A DNA stretch of 17,889 bases, taken from the IMG/VR virus record IMGVR_UViG_3300029514_000027. One strand, 5' to 3'. Shown in pieces: positions 14,740 through 17,889 of the stretch; within the stretch, counting starts at the first letter, position 1; every line of letters begins with the position of its first letter. A model generated the notes under the pieces. It was given only the letters and a program-made list of their open reading frames with translations, searched no databases and was not told the DNA's origin. The position numbers were made by a program, and so were the translations under genes. This stretch comes from a virus.

Positions 14740-16110
14740 TTACTTAATAGTAACCGTACACGTCGCTTTCTTCTTCGCGTCGAAAGCGGAAGTTGCGGTA
14801 ATCGTCGCGGTAGCGGACTTTGCGTCTGCATCGACCGTGACAACACCGGCGGCAGAAACTTTAACATCCTCTGCGCTGCTCGTCCACACAACCGTCTGCG
14901 GAGCGAAGTATTCAGTCTCAACAACAGCGGAAAGAGACACGCTACCGCCTTTGGGGACGGATGCAGTCTCCGGGGACACAGCAACGGAAGTGACCGACGG
15001 AGTGCCCGGAACGAACAGAACAGAGTTAGCGAACGGGGACACCGAAAACGTTTTCCACACGTGGTAGAAATAGTTCCAGTAAAGGCCCTGACCGTTATAC
15101 TGTTCAGTGAACTGCGTCAGCATATCGAAAACCATGAACCAATCCTTGTCAACAATCACTGCCGGGATTGCGTTAAGAGCCGTAAGCTCATCCTGAGACG
15201 GTTCATGATACGTCGGGTCGCCCGCAAAGATTTCGCCAAGGCGGGCAATGTCAAGGTCGCCGAAACCGTCAATCAGAACTCGATGACCAAGGAACTCGGC
15301 CTTGTCCATATTGAACGCAGAAGCAAGGACGTTCACGTCCATAGTCGCATCGAACACAGAGTTAACAATCATGTACTGGTCGCCCTTTTCGGTGAAGGTG
15401 CGGACAGCCGCCGGGTTGTAATCGCTGTTCATGAACGTCAGCTTATTGGACACGCCCTTAACGGTGGTGACAATAGCTTTCGCATTTTCAGCAGTAACGG
15501 TCGGGACGGTGACGGGGTACACGCGGCCATCAAGAATATGGCGGGCAAGCAGGTATTTCATAACAAGGAACTCATCGTAGTTAGCGCCAGTGTACATAGA
15601 ATCGACGATTCGAGCAATGAGGTCGGTCACGCCATCCCAGGACAGAAACGCCTGTTTAAGCTGCTCCTGCGTAACGGTCGCCTTGTAGAACTTCTGATAG
15701 TTCATGATGTGGAAAGCCGCACGAACATCAGGCACAACGCGCTTGAAAACTTCCTGCTCGGCAATCTCAGGATTGAACTCCTGAACCTTAGCGATATTAA
15801 CGAAGATTTCCTCAATAGACTCGCCGTATTCAAGAACGCCTTTCTTGAAGAACGCGATGGGGTTGGAATACATCTTCGACGTAAGCATGACGCGGCCAAT
15901 GCGGTTAACCAGAGCATTCAGGAATTCATTCTGGAGAGCCGGATAATCCATGATAATCGCGCCAATCGTGCGAACGGATTCAACATCGTTTGCGTCAGCT
16001 TTGGGGACATAATTTCGATAATCGACCGAAGCGTTATTGCGGATAACATTCAGAATGTCCGCTGCGGACGTAGTAAGCGTCCTAATCTTAGGCTTAACAG
16101 GCATAAGCAT
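14740..16110 (-). CDS. Major capsid protein, phi29 gp8-like, with C-terminal Ig-like (Big_2-type) domain
   Basis: ILNVIRNN...YRNYVPKADANDV, VDKDWFMVFD and GLYWNYFYHVWKTFSVSPFANSVLFV parallel phi29 gp8. The C-terminal part VTSVAVSPETASVPKGGSVSL...VVWTSS...ATITATS...ATCTVTI looks like a Big_2 fold. The second ATG at 16104 has better spacing to AAGGAG and may be the true start. Confidence 0.92.
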   Translation of the reverse strand: MLMPVKPKIRTLTTSAADILNVIRNNASVDYRNYVPKADANDVESVRTIGAIIMDYPALQNEFLNALVNRIGRVMLTSKMYSNPIAFFKKGVLEYGESIEEIFVNIAKVQEFNPEIAEQEVFKRVVPDVRAAFHIMNYQKFYKATVTQEQLKQAFLSWDGVTDLIARIVDSMYTGANYDEFLVMKYLLARHILDGRVYPVTVPTVTAENAKAIVTTVKGVSNKLTFMNSDYNPAAVRTFTEKGDQYMIVNSVFDATMDVNVLASAFNMDKAEFLGHRVLIDGFGDLDIARLGEIFAGDPTYHEPSQDELTALNAIPAVIVDKDWFMVFDMLTQFTEQYNGQGLYWNYFYHVWKTFSVSPFANSVLFVPGTPSVTSVAVSPETASVPKGGSVSLSAVVETEYFAPQTVVWTSSAEDVKVSAAGVVTVDADAKSATATITATSAFDAKKKATCTVTIK

Positions 16111-16119
16111 TTACTCCTT

Positions 16120-16401
16120 TCAAGAAAACAAGTCGTCATATTTTTCCGGAGATTCATCTTCATCAGGTTCATCTTCCGGGAGTTTGGGGTCTGCCGGAGA
16201 ATTCGGGGTGAGAAAACGGTCTTTGTATTCCTTCACCACGTTCTCATACTTTTCTTTGTATTCGTCGCGCTCCTGCTGCAACTGCGGGTTAGACATTTCA
16301 TCGAACGTAGTCATAAGGTCAGAAACGTCTTTGAGCGTATCTTCATCGTCGGCAGTGGCATACTTGCCGATAATCGTCTGAAACTGTTCACGGGTTAGCA
16401 C
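16120..16401 (-). CDS. Putative scaffolding protein (93 aa, highly acidic)
   Basis: It lies directly upstream of the capsid gene, as phi29 gp7 does. It is acidic and predicted helical (QLQQERDEYKEKYENVVKEYKDRF..., C-terminus PEDEPDEDESPEKYDDLFS). The start is set at GTG 16401, 9 nt after AAGGAGG (16411-16417), which overlaps the stop of the upstream gene. The longer ORF-track version (to 16563) would overlap the lysin by 148 nt. Confidence 0.65.
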   Translation of the reverse strand: MLTREQFQTIIGKYATADDEDTLKDVSDLMTTFDEMSNPQLQQERDEYKEKYENVVKEYKDRFLTPNSPADPKLPEDEPDEDESPEKYDDLFS

Positions 16402-16415
16402 ATTAAAATTCCTCC

Positions 16416-17546
16416 TTAATAGAATCGAGCATATGGATTTATCATCATCCATAATGGCATTGACTTTGACTTTTTGGGAACGGGCTGTGGGGCTGGAAGA
16501 TTTGTTAGGTAGGTATACCATTTGTCGGCGTAGGTCATGCGCAACGACCGGGTCTGTTCCCAAGCTGAAAGATTGGGGCGCTCATACTGCACAAGCCAAA
16601 TGTCCGCTAAAGTGGCGGGAGAATCGGTGGAATGAATGAACGTTTGCCACGTATTTGTATAAGACGGAAAGTAAGGATTTTGGCCGAATTGGAGATTGTT
16701 GTCATACTCATACTTAATCCGGCTCAATTCCAAATCGCCGCAACGCAACGGGTCATCCCAACCGTCCCCCGCCCAGTCACTAAACTTTGTTCGTGGCGTC
16801 CATTGTACGAGGCCGTAGCCAGCGTTTGGGTCTCCGAGAGCAAACGTCGCTTCCGTTTGACCGGGGTTCAAACTTGATTCAACTTGCATATTGCCTAGCA
16901 TACCAGCAACGGCGTTGACTGACCAACCTAAAGCGCCAAAATAATTCCAGATGATGCGTGCATTGTTTCGCATTGCATCTGCTGTCATTTTGCCAAGCTC
17001 GTTAGTGTAGTAAGCTACCCACTCTAACCCCTCAGAGGCCATACTTGCGTAATCAGGGAGACAGTAGCCACGAATAGACTTCTGGTCTACGGTGCGTTCT
17101 GTCAGCTTAACAGAGTCGCCGTTATTTCCCTCAATCACAGTGAATGTGTTACTCGCTGTGTCAACTACTCCGACAATACCACAATGGTCTGGCTGCCCCT
17201 GATTGTCACCAGAACCAGAGTCGTCCCAATCGTATTGAATAATGTCCCCCATCTGTGGGACATAAGCGTCATTTTCTTCCCATCGGTTAACGTTCTGATA
17301 TAGCGTTACCATGTAAGGACAAGAGGCTGTCGGAAAAATAATATCCGTTAAGCCTAAAGCAATGCCGACATATGAAACGAACACAGCGCACCAAGGTGAT
17401 GCGTATGTGACGGTCGGGCCTCCTACATCTGTTTGGTAGCTATTATAGGCGTCAATTATTTTTCTATAACTGCCGTCGTATTCATTAAGGCCGATGCACG
17501 ATTGAGCGAAATTATAAACTGACGTTCTCAGCTCTTGCTCAGTCAT
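16416..17546 (-). CDS. Two-domain peptidoglycan hydrolase: N-terminal CHAP plus C-terminal phage tail-lysozyme-like domain (probable virion-associated lysin, functional analogue of phi29 gp13)
   Basis: The N-terminal 165 aa or so are paralogous to 8007-8723 (SPWCAVFVS; GDIIQYDWDDSGSGD...PDHCGIV...FTVIEGN). The C-terminal AGMLGNMQVESSLNPG...GYGLVQWT...WLVQYERP matches the Phage_lysozyme2-type pattern as I recall it (GN...ES...G.GL.QWT). Its start overlaps the holin stop in an ATGA. Confidence 0.85.
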   Translation of the reverse strand: MTEQELRTSVYNFAQSCIGLNEYDGSYRKIIDAYNSYQTDVGGPTVTYASPWCAVFVSYVGIALGLTDIIFPTASCPYMVTLYQNVNRWEENDAYVPQMGDIIQYDWDDSGSGDNQGQPDHCGIVGVVDTASNTFTVIEGNNGDSVKLTERTVDQKSIRGYCLPDYASMASEGLEWVAYYTNELGKMTADAMRNNARIIWNYFGALGWSVNAVAGMLGNMQVESSLNPGQTEATFALGDPNAGYGLVQWTPRTKFSDWAGDGWDDPLRCGDLELSRIKYEYDNNLQFGQNPYFPSYTNTWQTFIHSTDSPATLADIWLVQYERPNLSAWEQTRSLRMTYADKWYTYLTNLPAPQPVPKKSKSMPLWMMINPYARFY

Positions 17547-17758
17547 TTAATCGTGAGCGTGTTGATAAGAGACTGCATGACAGAAGTGTTGTTATTGATG
17601 GCAGTAGAAAGCTCAGAAATCTCTGCCTTATACTCCTTCGTCAAATTGCTAATCTCTTCCTTGTGGTATTCCGCAGATTTGTTGACATAGAAAAACATGA
17701 TAAGACAACAAGCGATAGGAAAGCCCACATTTGAAATAAGCTGAACAATTTCGTCCAT
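17543..17758 (-). CDS. Holin-like protein, BhlA/UviB-type architecture (71 aa)
   Basis: It has a single N-terminal transmembrane segment (VGFPIACCLIMFFYV) followed by a charged coiled-coil tail. This layout and the FP...FFYV.K context resemble Bacillus BhlA, from memory. It is translationally coupled to a lysin. RBS is AAAGGGGGGTGA. Confidence 0.65.
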   Translation of the reverse strand: MDEIVQLISNVGFPIACCLIMFFYVNKSAEYHKEEISNLTKEYKAEISELSTAINNNTSVMQSLINTLTIK

Positions 17759-17787
17759 ACACTTTCACCCCCCTTTCTTACAATACC

Positions 17788-17816
17788 ATTTTATCACATT
17801 GCCAGGCTTACGTCAA
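17788..17816 (-). promoter_or_regulatory. Strong sigma70-type promoter P-right (TTGACG-17 nt-TGaTAAAAT, extended -10)
   Basis: Read on the - strand: -35 TTGACG (17816-17811), 17-nt spacer ending in TG, and -10 TAAAAT (17793-17788). It lies about 30 nt upstream of the holin RBS. Confidence 0.6.
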
Positions 17817-17866
17817 CTGTGAAAAATTGGAAGAGCCGGGGCACTGGTTAATGCTGGAAGCAAAGT

Positions 17867-17889
17867 GGTGCTACCCCTATTATACCCCC
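17867..17889. repeat. Right inverted terminal repeat
   Basis: ggtgctacccctattataccccc is the exact reverse complement of nt 1-23. Confidence 0.9.

Noticed and set aside
15061-16398. 445-aa ORF on the + strand
   Set aside because: It lies entirely antisense to the capsid and scaffold genes, whose translations carry unmistakable phi29 gp8 motifs. Its own translation is low-complexity and rich in R, I, L and N with no RBS, so it is a shadow ORF.
16402-16563. Longer version of the scaffold ORF overlapping the lysin gene by 148 nt
   Set aside because: The AAGGAGG RBS and the GTG at 16401 lie immediately after the lysin stop, and such a long overlap is unlike the rest of this genome.
1-17889. Search for integrase, repressor, tRNA, rRNA or transposase signatures
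   Set aside because: None were found by eye in any frame. This absence is consistent with a strictly lytic small podophage, but I report it as absence of evidence only.

Overview
The window appears to be one complete linear genome (17,889 bp) of a small phi29-like (Picovirinae/Salasmaviridae-type) podophage that replicates by protein priming. The host is probably Gram-positive (Bacillota). The first 23 nt and the reverse complement of the last 23 nt are identical (GGGGGTATAATAGGGGTAGCACC), so the window ends are inverted terminal repeats. Two transcription units converge on a terminator region at about 6783-6935. The left arm (+ strand, 243-6784) holds small orphan genes, a bacterial-type SSB, cysteine-rich small proteins, a putative terminal protein, a family-B protein-primed DNA polymerase with all phi29-type motifs, a short C5-methyltransferase-like protein and two tandem zinc-ribbon paralogs. 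The right arm (- strand, 17758-6936) holds a holin, a CHAP+tail-lysozyme hydrolase, a scaffold, a phi29 gp8-like capsid protein with a C-terminal Ig-like domain, a gp9-like tail knob, a gp10-like connector, a lower collar, a large repeat-containing tail fibre/appendage, a second CHAP lysin and a gp16-like packaging ATPase. Sigma70-like promoters sit just inside each ITR and share sequence beyond the ITR. I saw no integrase, repressor, tRNA or CRISPR array. The points most worth follow-up are listed here. (1) A roughly 120-nt transcribed non-coding stretch lies 3' of the packaging ATPase and is the best place to look for the pRNA that this phage family normally needs. (2) A methyltransferase-like gene without a target-recognition domain and two duplicated zinc-ribbon genes sit at the end of the replication operon. 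(3) Two adjacent small proteins share a CxxCWxxWL motif. (4) Near-perfect 60-bp tandem repeats lie inside the tail fibre gene. (5) Two paralogous CHAP hydrolases leave it unclear which one is the endolysin. All homology statements come from my reading of motifs in the translated ORFs, not from database searches.
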